From contig OZ244197.1 of NCBI GenBank assembly GCA_965216785.1, positions 1,350,037 through 1,414,036 on the forward strand: a DNA stretch of 64,000 bases, in the 5' to 3' direction. Of the stretch, positions 1 to 10,897 are shown piece by piece. Each line of letters opens with the position of its first letter. The first letter of the stretch is position 1. The notes beneath the pieces were generated by a model. It saw nothing but the letters and a program-made list of their open reading frames with translations. It searched no databases and was not told the origin of the DNA. The stretch is from Thermodesulfobacteriota bacterium (GTDB taxonomy: Bacteria; Desulfobacterota_D; UBA1144; Nemesobacterales; UBA2774). A program made the translations under genes and the position numbers.

Positions 1-93
1 AAAATCGAAGCGTGTTTTATTATATTTTTTACGGCTTATAAACTGTTTGTTTGCGTAGTTTGTGAACAGAGTACGGCGATTTTCGTACCTTGC

Positions 94-3100
<3,007 letters not shown>

Positions 3101-3132
3101 GCGGGGTTTGAAAATTTCCGTGCTAACGTTTA

Positions 3133-3213
3133 CGAACTTAAAACACTAAGTAAGCCAAAGCGCGCCAAGATTTCTCAGCACAATATGTAATTGTCAAAGG
3201 TCATTTTTTCCTT
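3133..3213. repeat. Left copy of a ~75-bp direct repeat bracketing the methyltransferase gene; carries a 17-bp insertion relative to the right copy
   Basis: 'cgaacttaaaacactaag[taagccaaagcgcgcca]agatttctcagcacaatatgtaattgtcaaaggtcattttttcc' aligns to 4056-4114 'cgtaacttagaaacactaagatttctacataatatctaattcacaaaagtcacttctcc' at roughly 80% identity. Confidence 0.6.
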
Positions 3214-3275
3214 CCGGATTAAATTCCTAAATGCTTGTCTTAACGATCTGCTATATTGCTTAGACGGGTTGCGTA

Positions 3276-4052
3276 ATGACTAAGACAGACGATCACACAC
3301 ATAATCAAATCATCATAGATCAATTTTCCAAACAATCTGTACCGTTTGCGAAAATACCGGGGCACCTGGATTCAATTGAAACACTTGTTTATATGTCCGG
3401 TGCAACAAAGTCCGACAGGGTTTTGGATGTTGCGTGCGGTCCAGGAGTGGTTGCCTGCGAGTTCGCAAAATCCGCCGGGCACGTTACCGGAATTGATATT
3501 ACGCCTGAGATGATTGAACAGGCAGAGCTGCATCAAAAGGAAAAGGGAATTGAGAATGTTTCATGGCACATTGGCGACGTGCTGCCACTGCCGTATCCTG
3601 ACGATAGCTTCACTGTAGTTGTGACCAGGTATAGCTTTCACCACTTTCTAAGTCCGAAAGAGGTGCTAGTGGAAATGCTGAGGGTTTGTAAGCCTGGGGG
3701 TAAGGTTGTAGTCGCAGACGTTGCTGTCTCATCGGAAAAGGCTCAAGCATATAACTCTATGGAAAAGCTTCGTGACCCCTCTCACGTGAGGGCTTTGACT
3801 GAATCCGAGCTTGAGGGCTTAATGAGTGAAGCCGGTCTGGTAAATGTTAATAAAAGCACATATGAAGTTGAAATAGAGCTTGAAACACAGCTACAAGCGT
3901 CATTCCCGTTACCGGGAGACGATGATAGAATTCGAGAGCTGTTCCGCCGGGATATAGGTCTTAATAACCTCGGTGTAGGCGCGCATATGATTGGTGATGA
4001 AATCCATTTCGCCTATCCTATAACCGTACTTGCCGGTGATAAAAGGGTTTGA
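3276..4052 (+). CDS. Class I SAM-dependent methyltransferase (UbiE/Methyltransf_11-like), 258 aa
   Basis: SAM-binding motif I 'VLDVACGPGVVACEFA' with post-I acidic 'GIDITPEMI' and motif II 'DSFTVVVTRYSFHHF'. ATG at 3276. Confidence 0.75.
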   Translation: MTKTDDHTHNQIIIDQFSKQSVPFAKIPGHLDSIETLVYMSGATKSDRVLDVACGPGVVACEFAKSAGHVTGIDITPEMIEQAELHQKEKGIENVSWHIGDVLPLPYPDDSFTVVVTRYSFHHFLSPKEVLVEMLRVCKPGGKVVVADVAVSSEKAQAYNSMEKLRDPSHVRALTESELEGLMSEAGLVNVNKSTYEVEIELETQLQASFPLPGDDDRIRELFRRDIGLNNLGVGAHMIGDEIHFAYPITVLAGDKRV

Positions 4053-4055
4053 AAC

Positions 4056-4114
4056 CGTAACTTAGAAACACTAAGATTTCTACATAATATCTAATTCACA
4101 AAAGTCACTTCTCC
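4056..4114. repeat. Right copy of the direct repeat bracketing the methyltransferase gene; begins 4 nt after its stop codon
   Basis: Aligned by eye to 3133-3213. Confidence 0.6.
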
Positions 4115-4224
4115 ACGGCTGACTGCTTACTCACTCTGTTTACAATGAACCTCTTTATTTCCACATTTACAGCTTGTAATTAAAGCCCTCGGGATTAATA
4201 TAATATATACGGGGGTAACACGTC

Positions 4225-4491
4225 ATGAATGTATTTCTTATTACCTATGAGCTTCATTACAATAAGGATTACCAAAAGATTCAGGACGCGATACAGTCGC
4301 TCGGGGGCTGCATACACTGCCTTCGCTCGGTGTGGCTTGTGAATACCTCGTTCTCACTCGCTCAGGTCCATGAGCTTTTGAAAGATAAAATAGATGATGA
4401 CGACTCGCTCCTTATCCTTAAACCCTCAAAAGAGTGGGACAGCATGAACCTTCCGCTTAAATGCAAGACTTGGCTCAAGAACCATCTTTAA
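4225..4491 (+). CDS. Small hypothetical protein, 88 aa; beta-alpha-beta-beta-alpha-beta pattern weakly reminiscent of Cas2/VapD; no CRISPR context
   Basis: 'MNVFLITYEL..QKIQDAIQSLGGCIHCLRSVWLV..SLAQVHELLKDKIDDDDSLLIL' loosely follows the Cas2 layout (YD[IV]...R.Q.SVF.C...DS.RIY). Its 3' ~90 nt belong to repeat R1. Confidence 0.4.
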   Translation: MNVFLITYELHYNKDYQKIQDAIQSLGGCIHCLRSVWLVNTSFSLAQVHELLKDKIDDDDSLLILKPSKEWDSMNLPLKCKTWLKNHL

Positions 4492-4520
4492 GTTGATAAC
4501 AGGGGTGTTGTTATGATCTT
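4402..4520. repeat. R1, a ~115-bp repeat; the second copy (R2) is at 9379-9492 in the same orientation
   Basis: 'gactcgctccttatccttaaaccctcaaaagagtgggacagcatgaaccttccgcttaaatgcaagacttggctcaagaaccatct..caggggtgtt' against 'gactcgttccttatccttaagccctcaaaagagagggacagcatgaacctgccccttaaatgcaaaaactggttaaagcatcatct..ccagggtgtt', about 85% identical. Confidence 0.7.
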
Positions 4521-4556
4521 ATGCTCTGTGATGAGGCCTGAAGTATGTTTGAATAC

Positions 4557-7500
4557 TCACTTGACTTTTTTTATGCTCCCGTCCAGCCCTACTATGATTT
4601 CACTTGCTCCGGCAGGTATATTGGATAAAGTGGTTTTCCCTCCGGGCCACATTATGCTTATCTGACTGGGAGCTTCGGGGGTTCCCATAACCTGCACCGC
4701 CGAGTCCTGCGACCAGTAACCCGAGCCCGCGTGCACTTCCCTGGCAGGACCGTATCTCTCCCCGTATACAAGTCTTATTATAGCCCCTACCGCGTCCGGA
4801 TTTTCCTCCGACCCAGAAAGCCTGACTCTCAGACCAGGCTTTGCTAGTTTGTTTCTGTAGAGCACGGTTTGCGCCCCGTTCTGTGTAACCACCAGGTCCA
4901 CTCTTCCGTCGTTGTCGAAATCACCCGAAGCCGATCCTCGCTGATCGCCGTATACTTTGATGCCGGATTTCTGTCCCGGGATCGGAACAAGGCCACCCTT
5001 ACCGTCCCCCTTTAAAAGGAGCCCGCGTCCGGCGTCGATGCGCGGGGTTTCAATCTGCGAAGCGAAAAAGTTCTGAGTAATAAAAACGTCTTCATTCCCG
5101 TCCCCGTCGTAGTCCGCAGCACTCACACCGAAAGAAGGGGCAAACTGAGCTTCAACCGGTAAAGAGACTGCCTCGAATTTCTCGCTCATGTTGAAAAACA
5201 CCATGTTGTCAAGGGTGGTTGCAGTGGCCACTCCTGAGTTTTTAATCTCTGACCCGTAGATATCCATTATGCCTGCTGAACCGTAGTCTTCATAAGTAGG
5301 CGTCTTAGTCTTTACAAAGGGCATAGCGTCTGACGAGCAGGACAGGCCGCGCTCGGGCACGAGCTCGGACATCGCTTCATCGTAGTGCGCTTCTACAATA
5401 TCAAGCGTGCCGTCGTCATTGAAATCATCGTAGTAAACGTATAACGGATGCTCTTCGTCGAGATGGTATTTATGGTTCCTACCCCAGTTAGTGGCAATTA
5501 TGTCCATCCTTCCGTCCCCGTCCAGGTCTGTCGTTGTGACGCCGTTCCACCATCCTGTGTAGGCAGAGAGACCGAGCTCTGAAGTTGTATCCCTGAACGC
5601 ACCCTTGTCGTTAACGAAAACGCTAAGTGGTCCCCACTCGGGTGCAAGCACTAAGTCTGGGTCTCCGTCTCCATCCAGATCGCTGAATACGGCGCCGCTT
5701 ACCATGCCTAGTGATTTGAATGCGGCATTGTTACTTGAGTCGGGCTCGAACCCTGAGCCCGAGTTTCTGTATATTAACGATGAAGCTGGCTCTGGATATC
5801 TTCCGGGTATAGTGCGTCCCCCGACAAATAGGTCTAGGTCTCCGTCACTGTCTATATCCGCCATGGCAACTGGGCCGGTTGCGGACTCCTGTGCAGGGAG
5901 CACCTCTTCTATGCTGAGAGCCCCTTCCCGTATACTGTATTTCATGGCCGAGGGAGCGGGACTTTCGGGATTCTCAAAATTGGAAATCCCGATGACCATC
6001 GAGGACGAGTCCCGAGCACCGCTCCAGGCTACAACCGATGTCTGGTCAAGCTTAGACACGTCTGTGCTGTCTCCCATATCAACTGGTGTAAAACTCCCTT
6101 GACCGTCGTTTATATATACGGCGAGATTACCGCCCTTTCCACTCGTAACAATGAGGTCTTGATCCCCGTCCCAGTCCAGATCATGCCACGCTGCTCCAGG
6201 CCCCAACTGGCTCAGTCTGTTGGGAAGGAGCGACTGCACAGCAAAATCATCGAACTCTTCCTCTTGGTGTGTATGATCGATTCGCTCGCTTACGTCCTCG
6301 AAGAGCGGCTCTGCTATCGGGGGCCCAGTCTGAAGTGCTTTTTCGGCATACTTTTCGTCTATTATGTAAGTGTGATTAGGTTTGACATTATGAACTACGC
6401 TTTTTTTACCGTTCCGCCATGTGACTTCGATCGTCATCCCGTCTTGTGTGTCTCCAGGAGCAAAAGTGAGAACAGGGTCTGAGCCCGAAAGATATCTTCC
6501 GCCCGCAATCACTTCCTGGCTCTGCTCGACCGGGCCGCCGGTGAATCTTATCTCCGCTCCCACACCCTGAGTGTTGGGCGGGAGGCCTCTTAAACGTACA
6601 GAGACTCTTGGGTCTGCGGAATTGTTCCTGTAAACGGAGGCCGGGCTCTCGAGGTTATTGAGCACGAGATCCAGGTCGCCGTCGTTATCGAAGTCGGCGA
6701 GCGCTGCACCGTGGGATATACCTTTATAATCGAGCCCCCATTCTGCGCCTACTTCCTCGAAAGTTAGATCGCCCTTATTCCTGTAGGCCAAGTTCTCGGT
6801 TTCAAGCCTGGGGTAAAGCAGTAGTGTCTGCCGCTGCGCTTCTGCGTCTTGGAGCTTTAAAGACTTTATATAGTTTAAAGTGTCTGAATCCTGAACGTCT
6901 CTTGCATGACCGTTAGATATAAACAGGTCTTCATAACCATCGAGGTCGATGTCGAAAAAGACCGTTGACCACGACCATTCGGAGCCCTGGAGGCCGCTCA
7001 GGTTGGCGATCTCTGCATATGTATCGTCACCCCTGTTAAGATAAAGCGTGTTACGCATAATCTGAGGGCGGTTGTCGATTTCTCCTATACTGGCAGGGGT
7101 AGGTTTCATGGTTCCCATCTGCATTTTTCTTAACTTGTGATCCCGGCTCAACATGTCAACGACGAAAAAGTCGTAGTCACCGTCACGGTCAATGTCAGAG
7201 AAGTCAATGCCCATCGATGTTGCGCTCGTATTTCTTAAAGCGAGCTTGTCTATAGCTCTAAAGCGGCCTCTGCCGTCGTTTATCCAAATACGGTCGGGAC
7301 TCCAGAAATCATTGCACACGTAAATATCCGGGTCGCCGTCTTTGTCCATGTCCCGGAAAGTTACGGATAGACCCCAATCGAGCGGAGGCCCTGTGAGTTT
7401 GCCGCCGTCCTCGTCTAAAAACGAGCCGTCAGTCCATGACAGAGGCTTAAAATTCCCCCTTCCGTCATTTATGTAGAGCTGGTCGGGTTCTCCGTATTCC

Positions 7501-8264
7501 TTTAACCTGCCGTCAGTGATTACGATCCTGTTTTTCAGTCTGTCGGGGACAGTGAGCTTGCCGTTAACCCTCTGAAGAGTGATCTCTCCCCCGTAATCCC
7601 TCAGAGTCTCCGTACGGTAGTTTGCGGCGTATAAGTCAAGGTCGCCGTCGCCCTCGATGTCGGCAAGCGCTAGGGAATAGGTTCCGTACCCGGTCTTAAG
7701 TCCAGAGGGCTCGGTAGTTTCTTCGAATTTCCCTCTGCCATCGTTGAGGAACAGTCTAATCCCGCTCCCAAGACCGCTTACCAGAAGGTCCTGGTCATAG
7801 TCACCGTCCACATCGGCGAGGGCAGCGCCTGTTGAGAATTGTTCCGCAAGGGCGATATCGGCCCCGGCTTCAGCAGTAATGTCTTTAAACTTCCAGTTTC
7901 CGACATTCTTATAAAGAACATTGGGACCGTCGAGCCGCGGGAAATAGATGTCGGTAAGGCCGTCGTTATCAATATCGCCTGCGGCGACTCCAGACCCATT
8001 GTTGCGGAGCTGGTTTGAGGCGGACTGAGCGTCACTCAGTATATTAGAGAATACAATACCTGTTTGCTCAGACGTAAGCGCAGTGAAGCCCGTTTTTCCT
8101 TTCGCTGGCACGACCAGGGGCCTTGATGCGAACCCCTTTTCAACTCTCCACCCGTTCTCTTCGGTAAAGAGGCCGGGCTCATCGCCGGTACATCCGGAAA
8201 TAATCAATAACCCCGATAGTAATAACGAAATATATATTAAAGCTGATATACTTTTTGTATTCAT
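4557..8264 (-). CDS. CRTAC1/ASPIC-UnbV family lipoprotein with FG-GAP/VCBS-type repeats, 1235 aa
   Basis: Signal peptide with lipobox 'LLIISGC'. Many 'DxDGDGDxD' calcium-binding beta-propeller repeats (e.g. 'GDIDNDGLTDIYF', 'DVDGDYDQDLLV', 'DFDNDGDLDLVLNN'). The C-terminal region resembles the ASPIC/UnbV domain. Confidence 0.6.
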   Translation of the reverse strand: MNTKSISALIYISLLLSGLLIISGCTGDEPGLFTEENGWRVEKGFASRPLVVPAKGKTGFTALTSEQTGIVFSNILSDAQSASNQLRNNGSGVAAGDIDNDGLTDIYFPRLDGPNVLYKNVGNWKFKDITAEAGADIALAEQFSTGAALADVDGDYDQDLLVSGLGSGIRLFLNDGRGKFEETTEPSGLKTGYGTYSLALADIEGDGDLDLYAANYRTETLRDYGGEITLQRVNGKLTVPDRLKNRIVITDGRLKEYGEPDQLYINDGRGNFKPLSWTDGSFLDEDGGKLTGPPLDWGLSVTFRDMDKDGDPDIYVCNDFWSPDRIWINDGRGRFRAIDKLALRNTSATSMGIDFSDIDRDGDYDFFVVDMLSRDHKLRKMQMGTMKPTPASIGEIDNRPQIMRNTLYLNRGDDTYAEIANLSGLQGSEWSWSTVFFDIDLDGYEDLFISNGHARDVQDSDTLNYIKSLKLQDAEAQRQTLLLYPRLETENLAYRNKGDLTFEEVGAEWGLDYKGISHGAALADFDNDGDLDLVLNNLESPASVYRNNSADPRVSVRLRGLPPNTQGVGAEIRFTGGPVEQSQEVIAGGRYLSGSDPVLTFAPGDTQDGMTIEVTWRNGKKSVVHNVKPNHTYIIDEKYAEKALQTGPPIAEPLFEDVSERIDHTHQEEEFDDFAVQSLLPNRLSQLGPGAAWHDLDWDGDQDLIVTSGKGGNLAVYINDGQGSFTPVDMGDSTDVSKLDQTSVVAWSGARDSSSMVIGISNFENPESPAPSAMKYSIREGALSIEEVLPAQESATGPVAMADIDSDGDLDLFVGGRTIPGRYPEPASSLIYRNSGSGFEPDSSNNAAFKSLGMVSGAVFSDLDGDGDPDLVLAPEWGPLSVFVNDKGAFRDTTSELGLSAYTGWWNGVTTTDLDGDGRMDIIATNWGRNHKYHLDEEHPLYVYYDDFNDDGTLDIVEAHYDEAMSELVPERGLSCSSDAMPFVKTKTPTYEDYGSAGIMDIYGSEIKNSGVATATTLDNMVFFNMSEKFEAVSLPVEAQFAPSFGVSAADYDGDGNEDVFITQNFFASQIETPRIDAGRGLLLKGDGKGGLVPIPGQKSGIKVYGDQRGSASGDFDNDGRVDLVVTQNGAQTVLYRNKLAKPGLRVRLSGSEENPDAVGAIIRLVYGERYGPAREVHAGSGYWSQDSAVQVMGTPEAPSQISIMWPGGKTTLSNIPAGASEIIVGLDGSIKKVK

Positions 8265-8515
8265 TTAACCATACAGGAACCTAAAAACGACTTAACCGTT
8301 AGTTTTTTTAATAGTATACACTAGGCTTTAGTGCGGTGTGAATACGATATATCGCGGTTGTAAATATTGTGAAAAAGTATGGTACTGGAGTGTATTACGG
8401 GGTGTGCCGGATACTTTTATTCTTTTTTTTGAACGGTTGTTTGCTTTTTTACCGGTTTTGTGATATTGTGAAAAAAGATTAGTATTTGTTAATATATACA
8501 AAAGAGGATGGGAAT

Positions 8516-9277
8516 ATGAAAAACTCAAGAACAGTGTATACAGCGTTATTCACGCTTTTAGTGTGTTTTCTGTTTGCGTTGCCAGGCTATGCTCAGGTAA
8601 CGGAGACTTACTGTAGCACAGACGTGCCGGTTCAGATATTTGATAACACTACTGTAACGTCCGATCTGAATGTGCCGGTTGCAGGAGAGATAGAGAATGT
8701 TATCGTAAAGCTGCAAATAGACCATACATGGATAAGCGACCTGGAAGTAGACCTGACATCTCCACAATCAACTACTATTGATTTATTCACTGATATAGAC
8801 GGATCTGGTGACGATTTTGGAACCACCTGTGTACCGATGCCTGATTTTATATTGGACGACGATGCAGTAACGCCGGTAACTTCATATACTGGCTTCTCGG
8901 GAGGTACGTTCTCACCTGAAGAGCCTTTAAGCACGTTTGCCGGGGAAGGGCAGTCTGGTCAATGGACTCTGTCGATATTTGACGATGCGGGCGGAGACGA
9001 AGGGTTTTTAAACTGCTGGTGTCTTCAGATTACGAGGGGTCAGACACAAGGGTGCTGTGTGATCGGCAACAGCGACTGTTTGGTAACTACAGAGGACGAA
9101 TGCGCGGCAGAGGGTGGCTTATATGAGGGAGACGGCACTACCTGTGACGACGTACAGGCGTGCTTCATACGCCCTATACCGACTATGAGTGAGTGGGGAA
9201 TGATGGCGTTTGCGGGAATATTGGGTGTTTCGGGATTAATATTCCTTATGTTACGCAGGCGAAGAGAAGCTGTTTAA
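8516..9277 (+). CDS. Secreted proprotein-convertase P-domain protein with C-terminal IPTL-CTERM-type sorting signal, 254 aa
   Basis: SD 'aagagga' before ATG 8516; signal peptide ending 'ALPGYAQ'. C-terminus 'RPIPTMSEWGMMAFAGILGVSGLIFLMLRRRREAV' has the signature motif, a TM helix and a basic cluster. The tracked ORF starts upstream at 8486. Confidence 0.65.
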   Translation: MKNSRTVYTALFTLLVCFLFALPGYAQVTETYCSTDVPVQIFDNTTVTSDLNVPVAGEIENVIVKLQIDHTWISDLEVDLTSPQSTTIDLFTDIDGSGDDFGTTCVPMPDFILDDDAVTPVTSYTGFSGGTFSPEEPLSTFAGEGQSGQWTLSIFDDAGGDEGFLNCWCLQITRGQTQGCCVIGNSDCLVTTEDECAAEGGLYEGDGTTCDDVQACFIRPIPTMSEWGMMAFAGILGVSGLIFLMLRRRREAV

Positions 9278-9307
9278 TCAGAAAATACAAAAGCCATATA
9301 AATAATA

Positions 9308-9334
9308 AAAAGGGAGCTTCGGCTCCCTTTTTTG
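9308..9334 (+). terminator. Intrinsic terminator GGGAGC-UUCG-GCUCCC followed by a U-tract
   Basis: 'aaaagggagcttcggctcccttttttg'. The same hairpin recurs at 27735, 41994 and 51714. Confidence 0.75.
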
Positions 9335-9378
9335 TTTCCACATGTACGCTAGATATTAAAGGGTGGAGTAGAAGGAAA

Positions 9379-9492
9379 GACTCGTTCCTTATCCTTAAGC
9401 CCTCAAAAGAGAGGGACAGCATGAACCTGCCCCTTAAATGCAAAAACTGGTTAAAGCATCATCTCTAATTATCCTGTTATACCAGGGTGTTA
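9379..9492. repeat. R2, second copy of the ~115-bp repeat (see 4402-4520)
   Basis: Aligned to R1. The tracked ORF 9193-9468 reads through this copy and picks up the same '...LILKPSKE.DSMNLPLKCK.WLK.HL' tail. Confidence 0.7.
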
Positions 9493-9538
9493 TAGCGCTT
9501 AATTGTCAGAATTAAGATCAGGTGCTATTATCATTATT

Positions 9539-10594
9539 ATGATCATAGGTGTCCCCAAAGAAAGAAAAGTACAGGAATATAGGGTTGCGCTTACACCCCA
9601 GGCGGTACGGGTACTGACCGAGCACGGTCACAAAGTTTTTGTCGAAAAAGGCGCGGGGCTCGGCAGCGGAATTTCAGATCGGGACTTCAAAAAAGCGGGC
9701 GCTCAGATTGCGTCCTCAGAAAAAGCGCTATTTCAGAAATCTGAGCTGATCGTAAAAGTTAAAGAGCCTCTTCCCGAAGAGTATCCCCTGATTAAAGAGC
9801 ACCATATTATTTTCAGCTATCTTCATCTAGCTGCAGTGCCGAAGCTAGTGACAGCTCTTAAGAAAAGTAAATGCCGGGCGATGGCATTTGAAACTGTGGA
9901 GCTTCCGGACGGCTCTCTCCCGCTCCTTAGTCCCATGAGCCGTGTTGCCGGTAGGCTTTCGGTTCAGGTGGGAGTACACTTCCTTCAGAAGTCAAAGGGT
10001 GGTAAGGGAGTGCTGCTGAGCGGCGCCGGGGGAGTCAGGACGGGGCGTGTAACCGTCATTGGAGGCGGCACAGTGGGTTTCAACGCCGTTCTCTCCGCGC
10101 TCGGGCTGGGGGCCGAAGTGACCGTGATTGATATTGATCAAAGGAAACTGGAGTTCTTTTACGAGCATTTTGAGGGCCGCGTTAAAACACGCCCATCATA
10201 CCCTGAGGTTATTGAAGAGGAAATGCAAAGATCGGACCTGGTCGTGGGGGCTGTACTGGTAACCGGGTTAAAGGCTCCAAAGGTTGTAACTAAAAAGATG
10301 ATCTCTCAGATGGAAGAGGGCAGCGTGTTCGCTGACGTCGCGATTGATCAGGGCGGGTGCTCAGAGACAAGCAGACCCACTACGCACGACGCTCCGGTTT
10401 ATAAGCAAAACGGCGTAATCCACTACTGTGTTACCAACATGCCCTCCCTGGTTTCAAAAACCTCGACATACTCACTGTCAAATACAATCCTCCCATATGT
10501 CATGAAAGTTGCCCGTGGCGATACCGATGGAGACGAATCTCTTAAGAAGGGTATAAACGTAGATAAGGGCAAACTGCTTATAAAGTTAGTATAA
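9539..10594 (+). CDS. ald: Alanine dehydrogenase
   Basis: '[10 protein letters not shown]...RVALTP' N-terminus; '[21 protein letters not shown]' and NAD-binding '[13 protein letters not shown]' match AlaDH closely. ATG at 9539 chosen over the upstream TTG at 9503. Confidence 0.85.
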   Translation: MIIGVPKERKVQEYRVALTPQAVRVLTEHGHKVFVEKGAGLGSGISDRDFKKAGAQIASSEKALFQKSELIVKVKEPLPEEYPLIKEHHIIFSYLHLAAVPKLVTALKKSKCRAMAFETVELPDGSLPLLSPMSRVAGRLSVQVGVHFLQKSKGGKGVLLSGAGGVRTGRVTVIGGGTVGFNAVLSALGLGAEVTVIDIDQRKLEFFYEHFEGRVKTRPSYPEVIEEEMQRSDLVVGAVLVTGLKAPKVVTKKMISQMEEGSVFADVAIDQGGCSETSRPTTHDAPVYKQNGVIHYCVTNMPSLVSKTSTYSLSNTILPYVMKVARGDTDGDESLKKGINVDKGKLLIKLV

Positions 10595-10602
10595 AACTCA
10601 TA

Positions 10603-10641
10603 ACTCAATCTTGCAACAAAATTACGGCAGGTGGTGGTGTA
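10603..10641 (+). terminator. Perfect 11-bp inverted repeat (tgcaacaaaat-N17-attttgttgca) immediately after ald; putative terminator or operator
   Basis: Arms read directly and are exact reverse complements. Confidence 0.4.
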
Positions 10642-10897
10642 TTTTGTTGCAGGTGACAATATTTGTTTTTGACTATGCAATCTTTGCGCGGATAAAATCG
10701 TTGATCAGTACAAATGGTCTCTCTAAGTTATTGCAATTATTGCATATTGTGCTCTGCTCTACGTGGCATAAACATTGCACCTAATTACTTGCTGGGTAGT
10801 ATGATAACTAAAAAATTTATGTGGATATCACATAAAATTTTGATTATTGTTATTTGAGGTTGGATAAAACATACCAAAAGATTCGGAGGATGCACAG

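Noticed and set aside
3101-4224. Expected 5S rRNA downstream of the 23S
   Set aside because: No sequence resembling 5S is present in the 1.1 kb after the 23S end; none of the conserved loop motifs is visible. 5S is apparently unlinked or displaced.
5605-8268. Several plus-strand ORFs (61-165 aa) inside 4557-8264
   Set aside because: They are shadow frames within the 1235-aa CRTAC1-like gene on the opposite strand, with no independent support.
9193-9468. 91-aa plus-strand ORF ending '...LILKPSKERDSMNLPLKCKNWLKHHL'
   Set aside because: It is a chimeric read-through. It overlaps the 3' end of the IPTL-CTERM gene and a terminator hairpin; only its tail, repeat R2, resembles the 4225-4491 ORF. 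Treated as a non-coding repeat copy.
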